Part shown: positions 24,804-35,752 of the stretch, piece by piece
Layout: every line of letters begins with the position of its first letter
How positions within the stretch are numbered: position 1 is the first letter of the stretch
Origin: Saccostrea echinata
Taxonomy: Eukaryota
Assembly: GCF_033153115.1 (NCBI RefSeq)
Contig: NW_026889753.1
Span: 11,408,001-11,472,000 of the forward strand
DNA: 64,000 nt
Direction: 5' to 3'
Notes under the pieces: generated by a model
What the model saw: only the letters and a program-made list of their open reading frames with translations
Database searches by the model: none
Told to the model about the DNA's origin: nothing
Made by a program: the position numbers and the translations under genes

Positions 24804-27800
24804 ATGCCCATGATGAAATACTGCAGTTTTTGTGGTGTCCACTTATCAGAATTACAGAGGTGTAGTCGCTGTAAGGCAAAATTCTACTGCTCCAGGGTGT
24901 GCCAACAAAATCATTGGAAGGAGGGACACAAGAAAGAGTGTAGGGAAGTGAGCGTTGATGGTAAGAGGAATACATACCTGTGAAAAAAAGTTCTTACAGT
25001 TCAATATTTAATGGTTGTTATTAATGTCTGTAGAAATGAAGAACATTTGCAGTTTTTGTGGGATCCGATCCTCAGATTTAATGAGATGCAGTCGATGTAA
25101 GGGAGAATTTTATTGTTCACGGGAATGTCAACGAAATCACTGGAAAGCTGGACATGAGAGAGATTGCAAGGAAGTGAGCATAGACGGTAAGCCGACAGTC
25201 TTACACGAAAACAATGTTTTCCAAACTTAGGCCCCACTTTTACAAAAGAATGTATGACTAGGTCAAGAATTTCACAAACTTCATAATTTTTTGAGATTAT
25301 AATTATATAATTTTAAAAACAAAATTGATTTTTATTAATATTAAATCACAATTTTATCAACGTTAAAATGAAAATAAAATTGCAAAACGACCCAAGACCA
25401 AAATCTTGGGTCGTACCTTCTTCTGAAAGACTGTGTATGGAACAGTGTTGCATCCTCAGATTTAAGTACAGTAAATCACGTTTTATTCGTGAGAATTTTA
25501 TTTTCGCGTAATTACTTGAGACAATGTGCTCGCAAAAATTTTCTTCTCGTGATATTAGTATTCCTATAGATTGTATGGAGTAATAGGCACAATTTGTGAA
25601 TACTTCTTCTTGCTAATAAAGAGTAAATGGCTATCTCGCGAAAGTAAAGTGTCGCGGAAATTTAGTGAACTACAATATATATGGACGGTACCATTGTCCT
25701 CCTACAAATTCATAATAAAATGCAGAAATTTATTGTTATTCATATTCAATAAGCTCTCTGGGAGCAAAGTATTTTCCTCTAAAAATATATTTCTTCATTG
25801 TAGATATATATTTATAAATAATAAATTTTGCAAATAATCTCCGAAACACCTGCACCAGAGTCATACTTATTCCTCTAATATTACACTAATTATGAGATGT
25901 TGTCCGTCAAATATATATCGATTTCACTCGCATAGTAATTATAGTAAATTTAATTTAAAATCTATTTTCATTTTCGATAAACAGCCGTGAAATAGCAAAA
26001 AAAAAGATAGTACGGTGGTGGTTACGGTTGGCGGATCTAAGTCATTGGCAATTTGTAATGAAACTGATAACAATCGAATAATTCTTTAATATATAGTCAT
26101 TAATGAATGATTTACTAGTAATCAAAACTTTATTAAATTGATACAGGAGAGATAAGTTGTGAGAACTGACTAAAACACAAAACGTGCAAATCATTTTCTC
26201 CAATGGCCAATCATACAATTAGTATTGATGAAAATTTCTAGAACGTCAAATGCCATTGAACCCGATGTTTAAAAAAAATGAGGGGATGTAATATCACTAA
26301 AAAAAATCATATGGATGGGCATGGAAATAATGGTAAAGCGATTGATAACATTATAAGATGTGAATGTATTTATATATATTATAAGACTATTGGTAATTTG
26401 TGCTAGTAAATGTTTACCGTTAAAATGTGCATATTCGCCACTGAGCGCATCATGGCAACGTATCCGAAGTGTTATATAATTAACATTTTACTAACCTGTT
26501 AAAATTTTATACTTCAGTTCAGTGGGGTTTGCTGCATACAGTCTTTTGTATGAAATATTAGGCACATAAACAAGGTATGAACCCCCCCCCCCCCCCCCCG
26601 AAAAAAAATAGAAACAAAAGCATTCTGAGAGTATTGCATTAGCAATACTAGTCCCCAACCGGCAAGTGTAATCTGGTTCCCGTAAAAATTGAAAATGCTA
26701 TAATTCCGTCAAAAATCAATGAAGCGGAATGAAATGCAATCTTGATCTATAACTCATCAAGATAAAGTCACATACTAAAAATCAGCTCAATATCTGCAAG
26801 CGTTTAGAAAAAAGTGCGGAAAACCCTGAAAAATTGAAAATGTCGTAATTCCGTCAAAAATCATTGAAGTGGAACGAGATGCAAACTTATTCTGTAACTC
26901 GACAAGATACACTCACATACCAAAAATCAGCTCAATATCTGCAAGCGTTTAGAAGAAAATTGCGGAAAACCAAGTGGGACAGACGGACAGACAGACAGAC
27001 AGACAGACTCAGAGGAAACCTATAGTCCCCTCCGGTTTCACCGGTAGGGGAATAATAACAATAATATTCATGTGCTGACAAATTCTGTAAAATGTGCACA
27101 TTCACTTCTTTTATCATGATGGAAATGGAAACGGAGTGCCTGAAGTATAAATTTACAACATAAAACAACATGTATAAAATAAAGTTGCTAACAGGGCTCT
27201 CGATTTTCTATGGGGCTGTTCAAGTGCCCAATTCCCAAGTCAAAAAGGTACCTATTTTCCCAATAGTCATTTCTTCCAAAAATTAAGAAAATATAGTTAG
27301 ATATATAATAACTTAAGTTATTTATATTCCTCTGTATTGCAAAAAAAGAAATTTAGTTGATATCAAGGACCAGAAACCCAGTATATATAATGATTTTAAA
27401 GTATGATGGTTATCCAAAAATTTCCCCCCAAATGTCGCCATTTTCCCAATCTTTATGACCCCGGCCCCATTCCCAAAAAGCAGTTTGAGAGCCATGGGCT
27501 AACATGTAAAGAGAAAACTTCTATTAATGAAATTTATATTTTTCAAGTTAAAAAAAAGAGGACGTATTTCTCCTTCTCCTAAACTAATTTTAAACCAAGA
27601 ATTTTTTTCCTGCATAATACTACGACTTTTATTTTAATAGATTCAAGTTCACCAATTTTGTCATGCACTTCCTGCAAGAAACGGTCAGAGCAGCTAAAGA
27701 GATGTACAGGATGTCTGCAGGTGTCTTATTGCTCCAGAGAGTGTCAACGTCAGCACTGGACACAAAAACACAAGGATGAATGTGTGAAGATACATGTACG

Positions 27801-29891
27801 AGCTGAGAGAGATGGTTTACAAGGAGTGGAGAAAGGCGACCAGAAAGATGTCTTCAACAAAGAGTCGACCGTTGATGAAGAAGATCATAGTAAAGTACAA
27901 TTTCTGGCTTTAACAATTTTAGTTGATTAGATTATATCATTTGTTTATATTATAATTTTTGCACAACATGGTTTCCACACTTTTTATCCATAGTCGCTGT
28001 TGCTCTGCTGTAGAAATTCCCCCAACCGAAAATTCCAATTCTTCTTCTTCTCCTAAACTAAGTTCAAACAAAGAATTTTTACCTGCATAATACTGAGATT
28101 TTTATTTTAATAGAATTAAGTTCACAAATTTTGTCGTGCACTTCCTGCAAGAAACCGTCAGAGCAGCTACAGAGATGTACAAGATGTCTGAAGGTGTCTT
28201 ATTGCTCCAGAAAGTGTCAAAGTCAGGACTGGACACAAAAACACAAGGATGAATGTGTGAAGATACATGTACGAGCTGAGGAGAGAGATGGTTTACAAGG
28301 AGTGGAGAAAGGCGACCAGAAAGATGTCTTTAACAAAGAGTCGACCGTTGATGAAGAAGATAACGATCATAAACCGCTAAATGTTTGTACTGTATGCAGA
28401 AAAACAGGTACAATAAAAGTATGCCAAAGATGTAAACTACAAAAATACTGCTCTCCTGAATGTCAAAAAGCAGACTGGAAAACGCACAAATCAATTTGCA
28501 CCGTAGAGGGAAAACCAACATGTGGGAATAAAAAGGGCCCTGGCAGTCCTTTGCCAATATGTGCAAACTGTAGAAGTCAAAGTGCAGAACTCAGGTGTTC
28601 TGGCTGTAGGGTTGTTTATTACTGTTCAAAAGATTGCCAAAAGTCTGATTGGAATAAACACAAAACATCATGTAAAGCATACAGATCTCAGCCGAGAGTG
28701 AGAGAGACTCTCACTATTGCAGAGTGCTCATTAATGGGTCTTGTCACGCCGGAAGAACACGGAGGGAGAAACCAAAATGACGGGAAAATCCAGTTTGGAG
28801 AAAAAAAAGATTTTACAGATTTTTCCTGCAATCGGTGTTTAAAAAAACTAGCCCCTGGGACTTTCAATGTCACTTGTACCATGTGTAAATCTTCAATTTA
28901 CTGCTCAGAACACTGTATGGAACTGGATAAATCTGAACACAAAAAAACATGTGCAACATCCGATTTACCAGGTTCAGGTATAACAATGTCGTCATGCGTT
29001 TACAATTCTGCGGACGGTCAATCTTTAAGATTTGACATTTCTCCTTCCCACGCCAAATTACCCTACCCAAGAAATCCATTATTTGTTACTGATAATGCGG
29101 ATTTAAAGTGGATTGTGGAAAGAACTGCGCAATCACGCAGTAAGGCGATAGAGAAAACTAAAAGAAAGTTTCCCTATCACACTCTGATAACCCGTCTCAG
29201 AGAAATTCCAATAGAAGGGAAATCTGCGTTTTCCTCTAACATTGCTACACTTCCTTATGTGTTTCTCGCCTACATTAGAAGGTTCCATAACTACAGGGGC
29301 TGTCATAGTGTATACTTGCAGGTAAATTATTCATGTACATTAAATATTTAATCATCCAATCAAAGACAGTTTGTAAGGATATAGACCAGGGTAAACGATC
29401 CGACCTTTTGGCTTGGATGAAGTTAAATATAGAAATGTTTATTTTTATGACTAGTATTTCTGTCATTTTTTTAAACCATAAATATTTGAAAAAGAAGAAA
29501 AAGGAAAAAACATTAATGCGCTTGGTTATCTATTTGTGGGGAAGTCCTTGACACCAAAGCATGGATGTCTAACTTCTAATTTGTAAAATGGATGGATTAT
29601 CAAAAAAGGATATTTATTTTATAAAGTTCATGGGAACCGTCTCCTTTGTTTTTAACATTACAGTGTTTGATTCTGGTAATATTTTGCTTTCAGGATTCTG
29701 ATAGACGGGAGATTTATGCTTCCTTCTACCTCCCAAACGACGACCCAACACCATACTTTCAGTGGAGTGACGTTGTTCCTGGAAAATTCGTCGCCGTTTT
29801 GTTCCCTTGCATCCATTTCTTTTTAGATTTCACTGTTGGTTTGCGCGTGGATAAAGCCAAGAATTTTTACTGTTTTGATGTTAAAGACTAA
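24804..29891 (+). CDS. Poly-MYND zinc finger protein, paralogue B (7 MYND fingers plus uncharacterised C-terminal domain), about 654 aa
   Basis: Exons 24802/24804-24960, 25034-25186, 27641-27889, 28114-29321, 29694-29891; GT-AG with phases 1,1,1,0. The 27641-27889 exon is a duplicate of the start of the next exon and its inclusion is inferred. An upstream exon may exist. Confidence 0.85.
26612..27055 (-). mobile_element. HINE-like element in intron 2 of MYND paralogue B
   Basis: TAGTCCCC..CCGG subterminal motif at both ends, two units of about 148 bp, a (GACA)n tract, and a terminal CCCCTCCGG..CCGGTAGGGG hairpin. Confidence 0.75.
27192..27496. mobile_element. hAT-like MITE
   Basis: CAGGGCTCTC / GAGAGCCATG termini and internal TTCCCAA repeats. 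Confidence 0.55.
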
Positions 29892-30074
29892 ATGTTTACT
29901 TTTGAGATTTATGATTCCTTCTACCTCCCAAACGATGGTCCAACACCATTCATTCAGTGGAGTGACATTGTTCCTGAGAAAAAATTGTCGCCATTTTGTT
30001 CCCTTGCATCCATTTTACTTAATGATTGCATTGTTGACTTGCGCGTAGATGAAGCCAAACATTTTTATTGTTAG
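29892..30074 (+). pseudogene. Degenerate tandem copy of the last coding exon of MYND paralogue B, directly after its stop codon
   Basis: GAGATTTATGATTCCTTCTACCTCCCAAACGA...CAGTGGAGTGACATTGTTCCT...TTGCGCGTAGATGAAGCCAA matches 29709-29875 with indels; no clear acceptor retained. Confidence 0.8.
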
Positions 30075-30149
30075 ATTACTTGATTTTCACTTCTGATTGC
30101 ACATGTTCATTTATTATAAGAATTGGGGAAAATACGTCAGCATCGTTCC

Positions 30150-31280
30150 CTTTTTAGCTCATCGAGCTTTTCTGACCGAAGAATGTCTAGCGTCCGTCTG
30201 ACTATCATGTGACGTCAGTAATCCGTAAACTTTTCACATTTTCGACTTCTCCAGAATCACAGAGCCATATTCAACCAAACTTGCCACAAAGCATCCTAGA
30301 TCAAAGAGTATTTACGTTTGTTGAAATCAAGGACCAGATCATTAATTCAGAAATAGTCAATTTTAGGATGGGGCATTTAAAAAATCCTTTTCTCATATGA
30401 AACTCTTACAGGATATAGATTCAGTTTTATATAAATCATGTCCTTTGGAGGTAAGTGGAGCCACAATGGGGAGGTCAAATATTTACCTGAGAATATGAAG
30501 GAAAAAATGATTTTAAAATGAAATATGGAGATAACGAACAGTATTGAATCTTTTACAAACAGAAGGGCCATGATAGATGATACAAATACTTAATGTTGAA
30601 GCTTTAGGAAACGGAGATTTAAGGTTTTCATAGCCCCCCCGTAAAGTTTTTGGGGGCATTTAGTTTTTGGTCTGTCTGTTTGTTTGTCTGCAAAAATTCT
30701 AACTTGCCCATAATTTTGATGATTTTAGCTAGTGCTTTCATTTTTCTTGTGTATTTCTTGTGATATGATAAGACCTTTCTTTGGGTACATATTTAACTTT
30801 GACCATTTGTGACCTCTTGACCTTTCACTTTGATTTTTTAAAATTAACCTTGGCTATAACTTTTGAACAGTTGGTGCTAGGGCTTTTATATTTCACCTGT
30901 GACAGTACCTTCCCTTGGGTATCAACATTTATTGCCTCTTGACATTCGAGTCTGACCTACTTTTTAAAAACTTAAACATTTGTCATATTTTTTGAATGCT
31001 TGATGCTATAGATTTTATATTTTTCTTGTGACAAGACCTTCTTTATGTACCAAAAATTGTGACCTTGGAGTTTGACCTTTAACCTTAGCCATGACCTTTG
31101 AACGGTTGGTGCTAAGGCTTTCATGTTAGGACAAGACCTTCCATTTGGTACCAACATTTGTGACCTTTTGACCAAGAGAGTTTGACCTACTTTCGAAAAA
31201 CTTTAACCGTGTCCATAACTTTAGAACAGTTGGTGCTAGGCTTTCATATTTCACATGTGTATTCCCTGTGAAAATTAAGA
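30150..31280 (+). mobile_element. Two adjacent decayed HINE-type elements (30150-30600 and 30630-31280)
   Basis: TTTTAGCTCA..GAGCTTTTCTGA start. The second starts TAGCCCCCC...GGGGGCA with (GTCT)n and TGACCTT satellite units. Confidence 0.7.
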
Positions 31281-32289
31281 CCATTCATGTACATAGTCAA
31301 CGTGAACTATACAGGATACTTTACAAGATGGTATTTGTACAATATAATCCCACTGTCACTTTCAAAAGGTTCACTGCTAAAACAAAGACTAGGATGCTAT
31401 GAATTGGAGCATTACAGATTTTGAAGCAAAGGAATGTAAAAAATAAAGCCTTAATCAATAAATTGTATGAGGGTAGGAGTTTTCTTTCTTCAAAGACCAA
31501 GAGAGGTCAATGCGTGGTGGAACAAGATGGATTTACTTATAGCTCAATAACTATTATTTTATACCGCACTGGGATAGTAACAAATGATGGCAAGTACAGG
31601 CAAGTAAAAAGATCAACTTAACGATTTGTTACCGAGTGCTAAAGTATTTTGCTAATCCCTGATCATCCTTTTTCTCTTCCTTTTTGGGCAACATAGCTCC
31701 GTTTATCAGCTTATTTTGTTTAATTTTATATACATTTTACTTCAATCTATGAATCCTTTAATGTTACATTATACTCAGATGACCGTTAAGGCCCTTGGGC
31801 CTCTTGTGTCACGTTGGGGGAAATGTGATAAAAATGCCATAAGTTTTTCATTTGATGGCTTGGTGTAACAAGAAGTATCTTTACATTCTCTTAGCTTACA
31901 TTTCTCTCCATTACTTGCTTCAGCCTTGAGTATGAATTACATAATATATGGCAATGAAGGAGATGATTTATGGAGGGGTTTCGATTTCCTGATTTAAGGT
32001 ATTTCCGACCTCACAGTTTTAATGGTTCAAAGTAGAAAAACTGCATTTATTTTCACTGTATTCATTGTATTAGTTTAAATTAACTAATAATTGCAAAAAA
32101 TATACAGGTTGCCATATTTTTTAAGATGGGAGTCATAAATAAACAGAGGTATATGTCAACATAAAGAAATCGTACATTTTTAGTAAACAGTATTATAAAG
32201 ATTATGTAGAACTGGTTCAAATACATAATTCTGATGTCTGACCTTCTCATATTCCAATATCACGTAACTAAAACTGAACGATGGGATAA

Positions 32290-32685
32290 TAGTACAAATC
32301 TCTTTTCTGCTTAAACTTTCAGTAAGGCGTGACATTCTCGGCGATACATAATTAGCGTCTCTCAAATGGGTACCTAGATTCTCATTGGTTAAGAAATTAA
32401 TAACATTAGCAACTTTAGATTGTTGTTAACAAACGATGAGATGACATAAGCCACACCTTACTGTAAGAAACGATGTAACTAGTTCCTTGCGTCACTCATT
32501 GACTCGAACTCTTTTTTATCCCGTGTGTATTACACCCAAGAATGAAAAGCTGTGTAAATTTCAGTATTGGTGAGCTAATCCGGCAACCAATGAGAATCTA
32601 GGTCACTATTTGAGAGACACAAATTATGTATCGCCGAGAATGTCACGCCTTACTGAAAGTTTAAGCAGAAAAGAGATTTGTACTA
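32290..32685. mobile_element. MITE with near-perfect TIRs of about 100 bp
   Basis: TAGTACAAATCTCTTTTCTGCTTAAACTTTCAGTAAGGCGTGACATTCTCGGCGATACATAATT and its exact reverse complement ending at 32685. Confidence 0.9.
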
Positions 32686-32814
32686 AAATATAACATACAG
32701 CATTTTGCTTTTTCAAGTGTAAATTATAATTGAGTCGGGTTTGAATTGATTGTTAACATCATATTTAGCTATGTAGCTTGAATAGCTTATAACTACGTAC
32801 AGTGTAGTTGCCAA

Positions 32815-32888
32815 CATCCTCGTAATGCCGGGGTCCCGAGTCAACACGTGCAACGTGTTGACTCGGGACCCCTGGCATTGCGAGGATG
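32815..32888. mobile_element. 74 bp hairpin mini-element with a 9 bp target-site duplication
   Basis: CATCCTCG...GGGTCCCGAGTCAACACGT GCA ACGTGTTGACTCGGGACCC...CGAGGATG, flanked by AGTTGCCAA on both sides. Confidence 0.88.
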
Positions 32889-33534
32889 AGTTGCCAATTA
32901 CAGGTTTACGTATCCACGATTATTGTCGTTATTTTTTAAGCATGTAAACATAAGTTTACTTCTTAACAGCTCTTGTCCAATCACTATATATTTAGCTACA
33001 TACATGTAGTTTGCCTACGTAGTGAAGTCGCCAATTACGGATTTTCTCAGTTTCGATTCATTCGTATGTATATTATGCTATAATATAGGCATTGAAAATT
33101 GGGCTTAGCCCCCGAAAGTTTTTTTTTTTTGTTGGTTTAACTCCCCACTTTCAATTTGCTTCCGACGCCTATGAAACAATAATAGCTGCAAAGTACATGT
33201 ATATGTATAGCACTTGCATGAATCGGTTATAACTCAAAAATCATTCATAATGATCGATGCTCAAATAAATTTACACCCATTAATAAATCAAACTGTGGCA
33301 GCGGTCCACATACCTTATGATATGGAACATATCAAAACTCAACATGCTCAATATTCAACACCGATATGTTCTTTTGCAAGGGGATGCTCCGCTTTGCGGT
33401 GCCCTTGCTAAAGTTATAACACGTATGAAATACGAGGTGTTTTTAATATACATTAATAAAAATACAAGAGTATTTTAATAAAATATGGATAAATGCAATG
33501 GAAAGCATAAGGATAATTCTAGCTATTAACTCAG

Positions 33535-33846
33535 TCATTGTGGATCTTTCCTTGTTTCTACACACCAGCAGTATTTGAACATCCAAACTTCAGATATCCC
33601 TTATTCAGTCTTCGGTGGATCATGTATTGTTTTCAACACGTCTGAAATATTTGAATATCCATAATATGGATTTTCAAGGATATTTCTACCATAAATCGAG
33701 AGGATCAAGTATTAATTTCCAAACCTAAAGAGTATTTGAATATTCACACAGTGGATTTTGTGTCCCAGTCCTGTCATAAGTAGATCATGTATTGTTTTCC
33801 ACACGTCTAGAGTATTTGAATATCCACACAGTGGATTTTGTGTCCC
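33535..33846 (-). repeat. Four tandem units of about 75-85 bp derived from the last codons of the TRIM gene
   Basis: GATCATGTATTGTTTTC.ACACGTCT..A.TATTTGAATATCCA recurs at about 33542, 33617, 33702 and 33782. Confidence 0.8.
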
Positions 33847-35752
33847 CTATCCAGAGATACCCCTCTTTGTCCAATGCAAGCGCGTTGGGACCCCGAATTC
33901 CATAATTCTCCGTAATCAGAAATCCAATGAACTGTCCACTCAAATCCAGTAAATGGATTGCGTGGTTACTCCAGTCAGCAACCAGTACGTGACCGTGTTT
34001 GTCGGAGACAATTCCGAAGGGATTAAATGGTTTCTTCACTCTGTAGTCTTTCTGTCCCGTATATTTATTCTTGACAAACCCGTCCAGGGTGATCGTTGTC
34101 GTGTGAACCTCAGCTTCTTCTCGATCGGATACAACAATATCTCCCAGCATGTTCTCATGCAGACGATAAGGTGCGGTAAAGATGGCGGTAAATCCATCGT
34201 CTTCAATCATATCTATAATTTTTCCCGCCTCGCTGATTCGAATGATCATTCGCCTAGATCTGGAATTCCTTGTTGTGACGTAACTGTCCACTGCACAGAC
34301 AAGCAGCTCGTTCCGCTTGGTATACGTCATTCCCCCTGGGTACAAGTCCAGATGCACGAAATCGGTCTGCTTTAGGTCTCCATCTAGCTTTATGATCTTT
34401 TTGTCGTCGTAGCTAGAGACTAAGATGTCGCCGTTTGGCTTTGTGAGGATGTCGTCAATCTGAATATCCAATTTGACCGTCCTAAGTTTCTCGCCCTCTC
34501 TTGAGTAAAGGTTCATTTCTTGGGTCCCCCATCCGTGACAAATCCAAGCTTCCTTCTCTGAGAGTGGAGCTATTGCATGTATAGTATCAATGTGGTTGGC
34601 AACCTTGAAGTTGTACATCAGTTGAACATCAAAATTTAAGGCTATTCGGAGACCCCAGGGGATAGGCAACATAGGCAGCTTAATTTCCGTGGTGTCACAT
34701 GACCCAAACATCTCCTCCAAATTTGAGCCATGGGATTCTCCAACATGGAAGTTGCTGCTCACGGCAGGATGTAAGCCAACCTGAGGTATCTCTTTGTCTG
34801 CGTGCTTAAACCTATTCTGTAACTTCTGACACATCAACACCACCTCGCTGTCGCTCCCAAGGTTTATCGCCTCCTCCGCCGACTTAGTAATGGTGGAGAC
34901 AGACCGAAGAGTATTCTCGATAGTTTTAGCATGTGTTTCTATGCGATTGGATTCGGTCTTTAATTTTCCTTCCACTCCCTCCACCAACGAGTTGCAGATT
35001 TTCTGTAGTTCTTGTTGAAGGTATTTGCAACGACTTTTGATCTCGTTAACAGTTTCCTCGGCGTAATCAGCCAGAAGCTTTTTGGTTGAGTGCAGTTCAT
35101 TGAGGTAGTCCTGTAAACATGGCAGGTATTCGTGCATGCTCTGTATCATAGGTTTCACTTTGCTTCTTTTCTCCTTTGCCCCTTCAACGATGTTTTTATA
35201 TCGGTGTCCCTTGTGTTCGGACACTTTTGTGACGCAGTCCTTGCAGATCGGGGTTTCGCACAAAATACAATAGTAAACTGTTTCTTCTTTATGTTTTTCA
35301 CAAAATGACCGATGAGTTAGTTTAGTAATGCTTTTTGCCTCTTGTGGTGACAGTTCTATCACATGATGGTCACGTGTCTCATTTGCTTTCATGTGGCGGG
35401 TATTGCAAGGCTTGCAAAAATTACTGTTACACTCAAGACATCTGGAATGTGCTTGTTGCTCGTTTTCTTTGCACGTGTCACATTTACAATTTGTTGAATA
35501 AGTGGCACTTGCCAATATAGCCCTGACGTAATAATTTTGTTTGAGTCCTTTGATTCCAGTTTTCGGAATGGTGATTTCCAGATGGCATATCGGGCACGGG
35601 AAGGTAACCTTGGAATGAGCATTATGTGTATGTTTCTCCAAGCACTCACAACAAAAGGTGTGGAAACAGTCCAGGATTCTTGGATCGTTGTATCTCTTAT
35701 GACACAGCCCACACATAAGCGGATCAGAAGAAACTTCTGATGGGTCCCCCAT
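33785..35752 (-). CDS. TRIM-family E3 ubiquitin ligase (RING, B-box1, B-box2, coiled coil, NHL-like beta-propeller), TRIM2/3/71-like invertebrate type, 655 aa, intronless CDS
   Basis: RING CGLC...CFHTFCCECL...CPIC; B-box1 CDTC...CLEC...FCKPC..RH; B-box2 CEKH...YYCILCETPICKDC..H..H; helical region; C-terminal NHL-like repeats (FNPFGIVSDKHGHVLVADWSNHAIHLLD, GPNALALDKEGYLWIGD). Confidence 0.95.
   Translation of the reverse strand: MGDPSEVSSDPLMCGLCHKRYNDPRILDCFHTFCCECLEKHTHNAHSKVTFPCPICHLEITIPKTGIKGLKQNYYVRAILASATYSTNCKCDTCKENEQQAHSRCLECNSNFCKPCNTRHMKANETRDHHVIELSPQEAKSITKLTHRSFCEKHKEETVYYCILCETPICKDCVTKVSEHKGHRYKNIVEGAKEKRSKVKPMIQSMHEYLPCLQDYLNELHSTKKLLADYAEETVNEIKSRCKYLQQELQKICNSLVEGVEGKLKTESNRIETHAKTIENTLRSVSTITKSAEEAINLGSDSEVVLMCQKLQNRFKHADKEIPQVGLHPAVSSNFHVGESHGSNLEEMFGSCDTTEIKLPMLPIPWGLRIALNFDVQLMYNFKVANHIDTIHAIAPLSEKEAWICHGWGTQEMNLYSREGEKLRTVKLDIQIDDILTKPNGDILVSSYDDKKIIKLDGDLKQTDFVHLDLYPGGMTYTKRNELLVCAVDSYVTTRNSRSRRMIIRISEAGKIIDMIEDDGFTAIFTAPYRLHENMLGDIVVSDREEAEVHTTTITLDGFVKNKYTGQKDYRVKKPFNPFGIVSDKHGHVLVADWSNHAIHLLDLSGQFIGFLITENYGIRGPNALALDKEGYLWIGDTKSTVWIFKYSRRVENNT

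Noticed and set aside
33953-35740. + strand and alternative-frame ORFs overlapping the TRIM gene
   Set aside because: Shadow ORFs of a real coding sequence.
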